The notes under the pieces are model-generated. The model saw nothing but the letters and a program-made list of their open reading frames with translations. It did no database searches and was not told where the DNA came from. Shown piece by piece: positions 37,432 to 49,025 of a stretch of DNA of 64,000 nt. Within the stretch, counting starts at the first letter, position 1; each line of letters opens with the position of its first letter. A program made the position numbers and the translations under genes. The DNA comes from Octopus bimaculoides (Eukaryota): positions 28,828,110 to 28,892,109 of the forward strand of contig NC_069002.1 of the NCBI RefSeq assembly GCF_001194135.2. Direction: 5' to 3'.

Positions 37432-38641
37432 TAGCAGAAATACCCGGCTTTGCCCGGGTTAAAGAGAATAATGAAATCTAAAAACGCCGTCTAGACTACG
37501 CAACCCTCAACTGTTAGTAGCTACGATACCATATTTCTACATTAATAACTCTCCAATCCATGCCAGCATGGAACATAGACATTAAGTGGAATGCCAGTCT
37601 CTCATCCAGGAGGGCCTTGAAATCAATGTTACCAACTGGGGACTATGTGTGTCGTAGTGATAATAAAAAGACCCAAAGGAGGTCTGCAACGAAATAATTT
37701 TACTCAACACTTTGCAAGTGAATCAGTGGAGGCAAAGATGCGTCTCATTTACTTNNNNNNNNNNNNNNNNNNNNNNNNNNNNNNNNNNNNNNNNNNNNNN
37801 NNNNNNNNNNNNNNNNNNNNNNNNNNNNNNNNNNNNNNNNNNNNNNNNNNNNNNNNNNNNNNNNNNNNNNNNNNNNNNNNNNNNNNNNNNNNNNNNNNNN
37901 NNNNNNNNNNNNNNNNNNNNNNNNNNNNNNNNNNNNNNNNNNNNNNNNNNNNNNNNNNNNNNNNNNNNNNNNNNNNNNNNNNNNNNNNNNNNNNNNNNNN
38001 NNNNNNNNNNNNNNNNNNNNNNNNNNNNNNNNNNNNNNNNNNNNNNNNNNNNNNNNNNNNNNNNNNNNNNNNNNNNNNNNNNNNNNNNNNNNNNNNNNNN
38101 NNNNNNNNNNNNNNNNNNNNNNNNNNNNNNNNNNNNNNNNNNNNNNNNNNNNNNNNNNNNNNNNNNNNNNNNNNNNNNNNNNNNNNNNNNNNNNNNNNNN
38201 NNNNNNNNNNNNNNNNNNNNNNNNNNNNNNNNNNNNNNNNNNNNNNNNNNNNNNNNNNNNNNNNNNNNNNNNNNNNNNNNNNNNNNNNNNNNNNNNNNNN
38301 NNNNNNNNNNNNNNNNNNNNNNNNNNNNNNNNNNNNNNNNNNNNNNNNNNNNNNNNNNNNNNNNNNNNNNNNNNNNNNNNNNNNNNNNNNNNNNNNNNNN
38401 NNNNNNNNNNNNNNNNNNNNNNGTTTCATTCTTAAAGTGAAAGTATTTGACATGAGTGTTTTTGTTTCACTTTTGACACGTAATACTTAAATAGTGGAGG
38501 AGATATTATGTTGCCGTGGGCTCGAACTCTGCAAGAAGTTAAAAAAATTTTTGACTAAAACACAACTGGAACCCTAAGTAAGGCATCTGTAAAATTTGAA
38601 TGAAATTGGTTGCGTAGTTCTTGAGTTTTAGGGATTCACAC

Positions 38642-38680
<39 letters not shown>

Positions 38681-38700
38681 CACATTCTCATTTATATATA
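37431..38700 (-). mobile_element. Non-autonomous Helitron/Helentron-like element spanning a gap, embedded in (TA)n
   Basis: The 3' end on the minus strand is acccgggcaaagccgggt (hairpin), atttctg, CTAG|t. The putative 5' end tatataaatgagaatgtg(tgtc)n...aaccaatttcattcaaatttt is typical of such elements. Linking the two ends across the gap is inferred. Confidence 0.6.
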
Positions 38701-39039
38701 TATATATATATATATACATACATACATGCACACAAACATACATATATACATTCATGCATAAATGCACACACGTATGTATAACAGTATGAGAGGGAGAAAA
38801 GAAACGAGGAAATGTTTGAGCAGGTGTGCATGTGTGTGTCCATACCTGTGTGTGTATGCACTCGAGTGTGTATATGTGCAATCATTTATAATTAAGAACG
38901 ATAAATGCCGTTTGTTAAAGTCTAATTGCGGGTCGAAATATGATGTTCAAACTAATTAATTCTCGCTAATTAACGATAGTGAAATGTGATCTGGTTGTGT
39001 TGTACGGAAGACCAATGGACCCCAGGAACTAATCCACGG

Positions 39040-39210
39040 TATTGTCACACATTTGGACTGGTTTCATTACTATATGCTGGTGCAGGAGTACACAGCCTTT
39101 CAAGGGAGGTAGTCGGTTTATAGCGATCCCTGTAATTTGTGAGACACTTATTGTTTCGATCACTATCGAATGGCTAAGTCCAACTAAGAGACACGACTCA
39201 TCAGAATAAG
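39040..39210 (-). mobile_element. Diverged SINE family C tail
   Basis: cttattgtttcgatc...cgaatggctaagt aligns with the reverse complement of gaccgatagaataag...acttagcggttcg. Confidence 0.5.
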
Positions 39211-39654
39211 CGCAAGGTATTTTTGTCCAACGCACCGATTCAACAGAAATCAATCACCGAGACACGCACGAGCGCGCACGCACGCACACACACATACATA
39301 CATACATACACGCACATACTCTCTCTCTCTCTCACACACACGCACGTACATATGCACGCAAATATTCACATATAGATACATGCAGGCAACCACACACGTA
39401 GATACTCATCTGAAAATCCACTGAAGATCATACACTCGGGTACATGAAACAATGTAAATAACAGCTGGTAACCATGGACACGGTGCTCTGCGAGAATTTC
39501 TGCGAGGCTGTATTGAGTACCTTCGGTGTTACAAAAGTGATAGAGTGGCCAACAATACTCTTTTCATCCCTACTCGTATCTATCTATGTTTCAAGCTATA
39601 CATATATGTATATGTATGTATGTATATATATATATATATATATTTATGTATTTT

Positions 39655-39900
39655 AAAATAACGTTGACCACTAACGTGGACAATTAATGTGCTAGAAATA
39701 GATCACATCTTGTGTCTATTAAGACCTAAATTGCTCTCAACATGAAATATAGCAGCATACCAAAACGTAAGGGGGCAAGACATTAAAATCACCTAAAAAA
39801 CATTATTAAACAGGTACCGGTTTCGGATTTAACAAATATTACCGATTGTCCATTCCTCTTCAGCCTGATTTGTAATGTAACCGCAATCATCAGAATCGTA
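39655..39900 (-). mobile_element. Short Penelope-like or retrozyme-like unit between (TA)-rich tracts
   Basis: It contains the hammerhead at 39808-39871 and ends in ctatttctagcacattaattgtccacgttagtggtcaacgttatttt. The terminal 63 bp are identical to 14174-14236. Confidence 0.65.
39808..39871 (-). ncRNA. Type-I hammerhead ribozyme (Penelope-type), intact core
   Basis: Minus strand: aaatcagg CTGAAGA gga...tcc GAAA CCGG TA cctgttt. Helix I is cagg/cctg plus aaa/ttt, helix III is the palindrome ACCGGT, and the predicted cut is after GUA. Confidence 0.75.
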
Positions 39901-40025
39901 TATATATATATATATATATAACACACTCAAAAATACATACACACACATATATGCATATATAAATGTACAATAGATAGATATGTATATGTATATATACGTG
40001 TGTATATATATGTATATTTATATAT

Positions 40026-40058
<33 letters not shown>

Positions 40059-40135
40059 AGGTTGTTTGTTATGGCCGGTCAAAGAGTGACCGTTGGTTTC
40101 ACATCTATATATTCTACTGCTCTAGTGATTTAGAG

Positions 40136-40484
40136 CAGTTGTTCTTAATCTGGAGGGCGCGATCCACTGGGGGGGGGGCGTCAGTAACTTCCAAGTGGGG
40201 CGCGAGCCCTTGAGAAAAAGCAATAATTTCTCGAATTATATTTGTCATTCTCTTAACGAGAACCATCATCAAATAATGAGAAGTTTATGAAAAGCAAAAG
40301 TATCGCCTTATACCATTAGTTTTTTCATTCTACTATCTTAGCACCGCTTAACATTTTCTGTATTTAGTAACCCCCTCTTCAAATTCCTCAAAACCCTTAC
40401 TAATTCTGAATTGTAGCTTTAACATTTGCCTTCATTTTGTAATTTTCTTTTTCGTTACAACAAGACTCAGGTTAAGAACCACTG
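40136..40484. mobile_element. hAT (Charlie/Buster-type) MITE
   Basis: 17-bp TIRs cagttgttcttaatctg and caggttaagaaccactg (15/17 complementary). The 8-bp flanks atttagag and gtataaag both have a central TA but are not identical. Confidence 0.75.
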
Positions 40485-41450
40485 GTATAAAGCTTAGATA
40501 CCATCGCGTAAAGACATGCATCTTTTTCAGTTAATAGATTATAAACAAGTTTGATCCACAATTTTCATATATATGAACTGATGTAATTCTTAAAAATCAA
40601 AAGACATGCTGAAACATTGAATCATTATAGTAACATACTAAGAAATATTAACTTAATTTTAAAAACCTGAAAACTATTTTAAGATTTTAGTAAGATGAAA
40701 AGTATGATATATTTTTAGATAGGAAATAAAACAAAAGGTATGTAATAGGTTCTACATCGCTCAATTTAATAAAGTCTCAAAAAAATTAAAACACAGATTG
40801 GAAAAATTATAATTTTAACAATAAAACCAAAATTTTTAATATTAAATGTTTATGTTAAATNNNNNNNNNNNNNNNNNNNNNNNNNNNNNNNNNNNNNNNN
40901 NNNNNNNNNNNNNNNNNNNNNNNNNNNNNNNNNNNNNNNNNNNNNNNNNNNNNNNNNNNNNNNNNNNNNNNNNNNNNNNNNNNNNNNNNNNNNNNNNNNN
41001 NNNNNNNNNNNNNNNNNNNNNNNNNNNNNNNNNNNNNNNNNNNNNNNNNNNNNNNNNNNNNNNNNNNNNNNNNNNNNNNNNNNNNNNNNNNNNNNNNNNN
41101 NNNNNNNNNNNNNNNNNNNNNNNNNNNNNNNNNNNAAAATTCACCTTTAAATATTACAAAATGTTCTAGGTAAAACTAGAAGCTATGCAATATTTTTTCT
41201 TTTTTAAAGAAGCTTTTTTTTTTATATTGTCGTACAAATAAATATATTTTATTGTACAAATTTTTCGTAAAACTTATCTTTTAATTTAATTTTTATTTCA
41301 AATGTTTTTGTTTTAACTTTTTTCAGAACTTTTTACTCCAAGCGTTCTAACTTGGGCTGGCTTTTTAACTTGGGCCTTAACATTACCTTACAGGTGCCTT
41401 ATCCTTTGTTCACATATTTATGTTGTCCACTGCACATCAAATAATTCGCA

Positions 41451-43192
41451 ATGAGTGCAAAGAAACGGAAGTATCTTGACGAACATAATCGATTTAGATT
41501 CATATCCCTCCAAAAGGGTGACACAGAAGTCCCCCAATGTGCGATACGTTACAAAACTTTGAGCATTGATGGAATGTGACCCTCACGCTTGGAACGCCAC
41601 TTGAGGACAACATATCCTGCTCTTGCAGACAAGCCCAAGGTATTCTTTGAAACAAAAAGACATTCCTTGAAGCAAGCTAAGTTGGATGGTGGTAGGATAT
41701 TTCGGCAACAAACTTCAATGATTGTTGAGGCTTCCTATGAGATCGCCATATTAATTGCAAAGAGCAAGGAGAGCCATAACATCGGAGAGTCTCTCATAAA
41801 ACCAAATCTACTGAGTGTAGCGGAACTCGTTCTGCGGAAAGACAGTGCAAACAAACTTTCCCAGATTTCACTAACAAACGATACAGTCAAGACAAGGACC
41901 GACGACTTGTCTCAAGACATCAAAGATCAGATTCTCGACCAGGTAAGAGATTCTCCTGTTTTTACCATCCAGTGTGACGAAACGACTGACATCGCTCAAT
42001 GTTCTCAGCTACTGGTATATGCTTGTTTTGTGTCAGGCAATTGTGTAAAAGAGGAAATGTTGTTCTGTCACCCTATGGATAGTTGTACAACAGCAACAGT
42101 TATTTTTCAGGGTGTATCAATTTTCTTTCAGGAAAACCAACTTTCATGAGATTCGCTGGTAGGGGTGTGCACTGATGGAGCTCCAGCTATGCTTGGTCTG
42201 CAATCTGGATTCATTACTAAGGTGAAAGAAAAAACCCATCTGTTGTAGGTACCCACTGCATACTTCATCATGAACCCTTAGCATCCAGGACCTCACCTAC
42301 TGAAATGAGAAATGTCCTGAACTTGGCTATCAAAGTTGTCAACTTTGTTAAAGGTGGAGCCTGAAACAGTCGTCTTTTCAAACTGTTGTGTAAAGATATG
42401 GAATCTGAACATGATGCTTTTTCACACGAACGTACGATGGCTATGAAAGGGGAACATGTTTGGACCGCTTTATGAACTACGCTTTATGAAGTAGCAATAT
42501 TTCTAGATTTTCTGCAGAAGGCAGATCTCCATGACAAGTTCAGCTATCTCTAGCTTACCTGGTGGACATCTTCGAAGCGTTGAATGCTCTCGACCTTAAA
42601 CTACAAGGGGAAAACAACATTCTCACGCACCGCGACACCATTCGGACATTCATGGCCAAATTCGACCTCTGGAAATGTCGAATTCAGCAGGGGGAAATAC
42701 AGCTAGTTATAGTTACTTGGATTCTGCTCTCATTCACGGTAGCCTTGGTTCCGAGTTAAAGAAACAAATAACCACTCATCTAATTGACTTGGAAACAGAA
42801 TTCATCAGATACTTCCCAGATATGGATGAAAAGCGGGAAGCCTGAAAATTCCTCAGGAACCCATTTCAGTGTGAAGTGACTCCCGTTTTGGATGAAGTGC
42901 AAGAGGATTTTCTTGAGCTGAAGCCCAACTCCCCAGCTAAGGGAGACTTCAAAGAACTGGATCTTGAAACGTTCTGGATCAAGTACCTTCCTGTTTACCC
43001 TCTGATCTCACATCAGGCCCTTCGGATTTTAGCGGCTTGGATCCACGTATCTTTGTGAGGCTGCATTTTCCACGGTCGTTGCTGTACAGGAACAGGTTGA
43101 ACGTTGAAAGGGACTTACGTTGTGCACTGTCTGGCATTCAACCACGCATTCAAGATCTTGCAGCCAAGAAGCAGTGCTAAGTATCTCACTAA
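41451..43192 (+). pseudogene. Buster/Charlie hAT transposase, near full length with stops and frameshifts
   Basis: Starts MSAKKRKY and contains IVEASYEIAILIAKSKESHNIGESLIKP, FTIQCDETTDIAQCSQLLVY, VCTDGAPAM, THCILHHE, NSRLFKLLC and TFWIKY, ending KKQC*VSH*. These are motifs of the ZBED5/FAM200-like Buster family. Confidence 0.92.
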
Positions 43193-43544
43193 TAATGTGA
43201 CCAGTTCATATTCGATGAAAAAAAGTTCTTTTTTTTTTTGCTCAGAAGCAGTGTCAAGTAACTCACTTTCTGTATAATGTGATTATATTTATAAAATTAT
43301 ACATGCTTTGTNNNNNNNNNNNNNNNNNNNNNNNNNNNNNNNNNNNNNNNNNNNNNNNNNNNNNNNNNNNNNNNNNNNNNNNNNNNNNNNNNNNNNNNNN
43401 NNNNNNNNNNNNNNNNNNNNNNNNNNNNNNNNNNNNNNNNNNNNNNNNNNNNNNNNNNNNNNNNNNNNNNNNNNNNNNNNNNNNNNNNNNNNNNNNNNNN
43501 NNNNNNNNNNNNNNNNNNNNNNNNNNNNNNNAATATTCTACTCT

Positions 43545-43998
43545 AAGGCGGCGAACTGGCAGAAACGTTAGCACGCCGGGCGAAATGCTTAACGGTATTT
43601 CATCTGTCTTCACGTTCCGAGTTCAGATTCCGCCAAGGTTGACTTTGCCTTTCATCCTTTCGGGATCGATAAATTAAGTACCAGTTGCGTACTGGGGTCG
43701 ATCTAATCGACTGGCCCCCTCCCCAAAATTTCGGGCCTTGTACCTAGAGTAGAAAAGATGACCCCAGTACGCAACTGGTACTTAATTTATCGACCCCGAA
43801 AAGATGAAATGTAAAGTCGACCACGGCGGAATTTGAACTCAGAACGTACCAACGGGCGAAATACCGTTAAGCATTTCGCCCAACGTTAGCACACCGGGCG
43901 AAATCCTCAACGGTATTTCGTTCGCCGCAATGTTCTGAGTTCAAATTCCGCCGAGGTCGACTTTGTCTTTCATCCTTTCGGGGTCGATTAATTAAGTA
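43545..43998. mobile_element. Three abutting SINE A copies in +/-/+ orientation
   Basis: Plus copy 43545-43757, minus copy 43759-43885, plus copy 43883-43998. Confidence 0.85.
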
Positions 43999-44303
43999 AG
44001 CAATGAAATATTATCTCATCAAATGATATCAAGTTCTCCGTAAAACCGATTTATTTGGCAACTTTGGTTCAACAAGTCCCACAGTGTGAGTATAATAAAA
44101 GAATAAGAAGAGAGTGTAGATGTTATTTAAATTATGCTGTGCACGTTTCCTCTGCGTGGCTATTTTCCTAATCCTTGTAAAAGAAATCGGAAGAGTGGTC
44201 CTCCAACCAGGCATTTCGTGACACCCGTAAAGCCAAGACCTTTTCAGCACCTCCTCGTATAAGAACACGAGATGCCAAATGAATAAACGATTACGAACAA
44301 CTC

Positions 44304-44456
44304 CATTAACTTACAGCTGTTTTTGCGATAAGATGCAGTGGACTCGTAGTTGGGTCATCATTTGAGAATATAATTACATTTATGCATATATATGTTACTC
44401 ATGCACTCAACTATGAATTCGCTGCATCTTAGAGCAGAAACAGCTGTAAGCTAATG
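44304..44456. repeat. ~150-bp imperfect palindrome (MITE-like)
   Basis: The left arm cattaacttacagctgtttttgcgataagatgcagtggactcgtagttgggt pairs with the right arm (reverse complement cattagcttacagctgtttctgctctaagatgcagcgaattcatagttgagt). Confidence 0.8.
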
Positions 44457-44846
44457 AAATTCATAACATAACCCTTGTTTATTCCTTTGTCATCTTATTT
44501 TCTTATTTCCGCTTTGTACTTAACTAACGCTTCTTTCTGAAGCATACATGTATTGAGTTCCACACCAAGTTATTAGTCTTACAATGCCTAACCGAAATTT
44601 AAATATAACCACACGTGGACGGTTGGTGATGTTTATTTTTCCCTTCTTCACTAGGCTTTTTCCTTTCTCTTTTACGACGAAGAACCAAGCTAGAAACGTT
44701 AAAAACGCTATCCATTCACCAATCGTCAAAGTAATATATAATTCTTCTGCACGTCCTCACGTTGGTTATTTTCTTTTTTCTCTTTTCGTTTTCTTCGTTT
44801 CATGAATTGTTTCTTCGTTGAATTAACTATACATATGAATTTTTAT

Positions 44847-45230
44847 GTTGTTGGCACTCCGTCGGTTACGACGACGAGTGTTCCAGTTCATCCGATCAAC
44901 GGAACAGCCTGCTCATGAAATTAACGTGTAAGTGGCTGAGCGCTCCACAGACACGTGTATCCTTAACGTAGTTCTCGGGGATATTCAGCGTGACGCAGTG
45001 TGACAAGGCTGACCCTTTGAATTACAGGTACAACAGAAACAGAAAGAAAGAGTGAGAGAAAGTTGTGGGGAAATAGTACAGCAGGGTTCACAACCACCCC
45101 CTGCCGGAGCCTCGTGGAGCTTTAGGTGTTTTCGCTCAATAAACACTCACAACGCCCGGTCTGGGAATAGAAACCGTGATCCTAAGATCGCGAGTCCTCT
45201 ACCCTAACCATTGGGCCATTTCGCCTCCAC
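44847..45230 (-). mobile_element. SINE family B, full length with 10-bp TSD
   Basis: Flanked by gaatttttat at 44837-44846 and 45231-45240. Colinear with 10812-11192. Confidence 0.92.
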
Positions 45231-45974
45231 GAATTTTTATATAAATAAGGATAAGCTCGTTATTTAAAATACCGATCATATCAAGTGGCCAGCATGGGAA
45301 TATANNNNNNNNNNNNNNNNNNNNNNNNNNNNNNNNNNNNNNNNNNNNNNNNNNTATATATATGAATGTATGTATACATAAGCATTAGAATAGATAGATA
45401 CATAATGTGACCTCGTTTTTCTGATTTTTAGATACCCAATTGTCTCCCCTGCTGACGACTAGGTGCAATAATTGTTGTGCCTGTGACACTTACGGAGACA
45501 GGAACACAGCTGTGATTTTGTCTCCAGACAATTACAGGAGAATTCTCGATCCTTGAGAAAACTCCGTTTCTGATTTAGAGCTCTTATTAAATACTGTGCC
45601 AGCCTCTCTGGAAGCGAATTTAATTTCAATAATTTATTTAACATAGCATTATTCGACGCCATCACGCGCGCGCCTGTGTGTGTGTGCGTGTGCGTGTGTG
45701 TGTGTATGTGTGTGTGTGTGAATAGATATGCGAGAGTATGTTTGAGTGTATATACACACCTGTGTGAATGCCTATACAGCTATAGAGCGCATCCACAATT
45801 AATGGCTTGCAGAACGGCTTCTCATTCGCTATAGAATCTACCATAGATTTTCTTTTGTGCTGTGCTGTGCAAAGGGGTTAAATCCGGAAAATCCGTGGAT
45901 ACGAAGCGAACTTCTTAACTACTGTTTTAAATTTATTTCTATAATTGTTCCTAATCTTAGCACTAGTGCAGCAG

Positions 45975-47025
45975 TTTTCTGGTACTTATTTTACCGGCCC
46001 TGAAAGAACGAAAGTAAAGTCAACCACGGCTTAGTTTGAACTTAGAATGTATAGACGGGAGAAATTCCACTAAGCGATTTCCCCGTCGTTTTGACTATTA
46101 TGTCAGCTTCCCGCTTTACCACAATGACAATAATTCTGTTATTGGCACAAGGCCTGAAATTTTAGAAAGGCGGCTATCCGATTAGATCCAATATTCAGCT
46201 ACTACTTATGGCGTGCTAATGATTCTACCAGCTCGCCGACATTACTGTAATATAAATAATAATGGTTTCAAATTTTGGCACACAAGGCCTCACACCGACC
46301 CCAGGACTCAACTGGTACTTATTTTATCGATCCCGAAAGGATGAAAGCCAAAGTCGACCTCGGCAGAATTTGTAGGCAGAACGTTGCGGCAGACGAAACA
46401 CCGCTAAGTATTTTGCTCGGTATGCTAACAATTCTACCAAGCTTACCGCCTTCAGAAAAGTAATGTTTTCTATTAAAGGTACAAGGCCTGAAATTTTAGG
46501 GGTGGGGACTTATCCAGTACATTGACCCCTGTGTTTGACTAGTATTTAATTTATTGACCTCGATTAGATTAAAGGCAAAGTCGGCCTCGGTGGAATTTGA
46601 ACTCAGAACGTAAAGACGGATGAAATACCACTGAGCGTTTTGTCCAGCGTGCAAACGATTCCGCCAGCTCACCGTCTTGATAATGATAATAATAATAGTT
46701 TCAAATTTTGCTTCAAGGGTAGCCATTTTGGAGTAGGGGATGAGTCGATTACATCGACCCCAGTGTTCAAATGGTACTTATCTTATCGACCCCGAAAGGA
46801 TGAAAAGCATGGTCGGCTGAATTTAAACTCAGAATGTAGCAACGGGCGAAATACCGCTAAGCATTTTGTCTAGTGTGCTAACAACTGTCAGCTCGCCGTC
46901 TTAATAATAATGATGATGATGATGATGATGATGATGATAATAATGATCCTTTCTACCAAAGGTACAAAGCCTGAAATTTGTTGGGAGAAGACCAATCGAT
47001 TACATTGACCTCATACTTGACTGGT
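45975..47025 (-). mobile_element. Cluster of about 5-6 same-orientation SINE A copies and fragments separated by (TAA)/(TGA) tracts
   Basis: Recurring gcacaaggcctgaaattt...gtcgattacatcgacccc...gaaaggatgaaa...aatttgaactcagaa blocks near 45975, 46135, 46262, 46470, 46695 and 46945. Confidence 0.8.
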
Positions 47026-47071
47026 ATAATAATAATAGTAATTATTATTACTAATTATTATTATTATTATT

Positions 47072-47612
47072 GAGTGAGAGAGCAGCGCATGCCATAAAAG
47101 TGACACTGGGGTAAAATATACGAAGCCCAGTCCACCCATCATGACTACTCGTCTGATAAGGGTACACCAGGCACATACATCACGACCATATGTGCGCGAC
47201 ATGGTGATCCCATATCAAGATAAACAGCGCATGACCTTGCAGGTAGGGCCCAGTTAGAATTTTCTTCAGATCGAGTAGCCCATCCTACTCAAAAGGTCCC
47301 TGAATAAGGGTTGTTTGAGGATGTTGAACGAAACATCCACATTTCCAAAGGTGAATTATCCAGACCCCAAAGAATTCCTCTCAACACATAGATATGATGC
47401 TCCCCCACTACTTCTGCTCATGATCAGAGATGCACATATCGTCAGCCACCAAGGGACATGCTCAACTGGTTAAGCAAATCTGTGGTATTAAGCAGAACAT
47501 TTGCTGTAACCCATCTTTTATACCAAGACAAAACAATGTACATGATAACACTTCCAAACAGTTAAGATTAGAAGCCATGAGAGCCACTGCCTGGTTGCCA
47601 GCTCGCCACCTT
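47072..47612 (-). mobile_element. ~540-bp non-coding retroposon-like repeat between (TAA)n tracts
   Basis: The minus strand begins aaggtggcgagctggca, like the SINE A head, and then diverges. Both flanks are TAA/ATT microsatellite. Confidence 0.45.
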
Positions 47613-47689
47613 AATAATGATAATAATAATGATAATAATAATAAATGCCCCGATGCAGTATCAGACAGAGGTTCTCATGAATGTGAACC

Positions 47690-48478
47690 GTTTCTATCAC
47701 TCATACAAGAGACGCAAAGGAGAAATTTTTACAGCTAGGGCCAAAGAGAACCACTTGACAAAAGGCAAATAAGCTCTTGAACAAGCTGAAGTATGTATCC
47801 TGTTGAGCCGGGGATGATCTGGTTCCTCTGCCACGACCATTTGCACAACACCCAAAACAACAAGTGATGTCCTACGTATCATGGAAACCAAGTTTCCCCA
47901 ACTGTGATGGTCTTTGGGTGTGTCTCCAGTGATGTTGACGTCACACCGTCCCAAATCTTTGGACTGGATCTTAGGGTTAATTAAGACAGCTATGTGAAGC
48001 TGATGGAGACTGTGGTAAATCTCTGGGTGGTGAGGGTTGCTGCTGGAAAGCCGTGTATGTGGCAGCAGGATTCGGCTCCGTGTCATAACTCCGGAAAGAA
48101 TCAGAAATTGCTATCCGAGAATTACTACGACTTTACCAGCCCCTAGATGGGGCCTCCTGACTTCTCCAGTTATTTTCACATCAATTATTAGGAATGGGAC
48201 GCAGTTGAGAAAGACACCAACCGCTTTATCTGCAAAACCAAGGCCGAACTGGTGGCCAAGATCAAAGAGGTGTTCGAAGATCTCAGAAACACTGTGAAGG
48301 ACGCATGCACCAGGTTCCGGAACCGTCTTAAGGTCATTGTGGAAAATATCTCCCAGCCATAATCCAGTTGATATTTTTGATTCTTTTTTTAAATACTTTT
48401 ATTTCTTAATGGGATGTTGCATTTCTTTTTTTTTTTTCTTTTTATGCAAACCGTCAAATTTATCCCGAACACCCTGTA
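47690..48478 (+). mobile_element. Tc1/mariner maT-like (DD37D) transposase remnant with right TIR
   Basis: PGMIWF, ETKFPQTVMVFGCVSSD, WQQDSAPCH, then 37 residues to the degenerate third D position, WDAVEKDTN and KTKAELVAKIKEVF. It ends with cgaacaccctg|TA. Confidence 0.75.
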
Positions 48479-48974
48479 TACATCTAAGATGCAGTATAGG
48501 ATCACCTCTTCTGACTTAAAATTTATTTTATTCTCTCCACCAACGAGAAACAAAATCAAAGTTCATCAGGTCGAGATTTGATCTCAAATTGTTAGGATCC
48601 ATCATACAGCTCGGTAGCAGTTTTGCCCGACCCAACCTCGCAATGCTTCGGTATGTAAGTGTCTTTCTTCCATGTGTTTACTTAATGTTATAAGTGAAGA
48701 TAACCGTATCTAATGAGAATAACAGTGACAATAGTTACAGACATAACTGAAGAGGTGTCTAATCTAGATACACCTCTCACACGTTTCATGGGAGAGGTGT
48801 TGTGGTATAAAGTTCTATGTTCAAGCATTCATAAACATATAAAAACTATGTTATACAGACACACAGCTCACCTATATTTTATATGCACACACATACAGAT
48901 ATGTATGAGCTTACATCATTTATGTATATGTCTGCACGTGTGTGTATGTGTGTGTTAAGACACAATGTCAACAT

Positions 48975-49025
<51 letters not shown>

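Noticed and set aside
39147-39210. Minus-strand cttatt CTGATGA...GAAAC aataag hammerhead look-alike
   Set aside because: It has no helix III or NUH triplet, and the sequence aligns with a diverged SINE C tail, so it is probably coincidental.
45445-45490. CTGACGA followed by a weak stem
   Set aside because: No downstream GAAA or cleavage triplet.
45975-47025. CRISPR-like repeat and spacer pattern
   Set aside because: The repeats are ~200-bp diverged SINE copies with irregular spacing in a eukaryotic context, and there are no cas genes.
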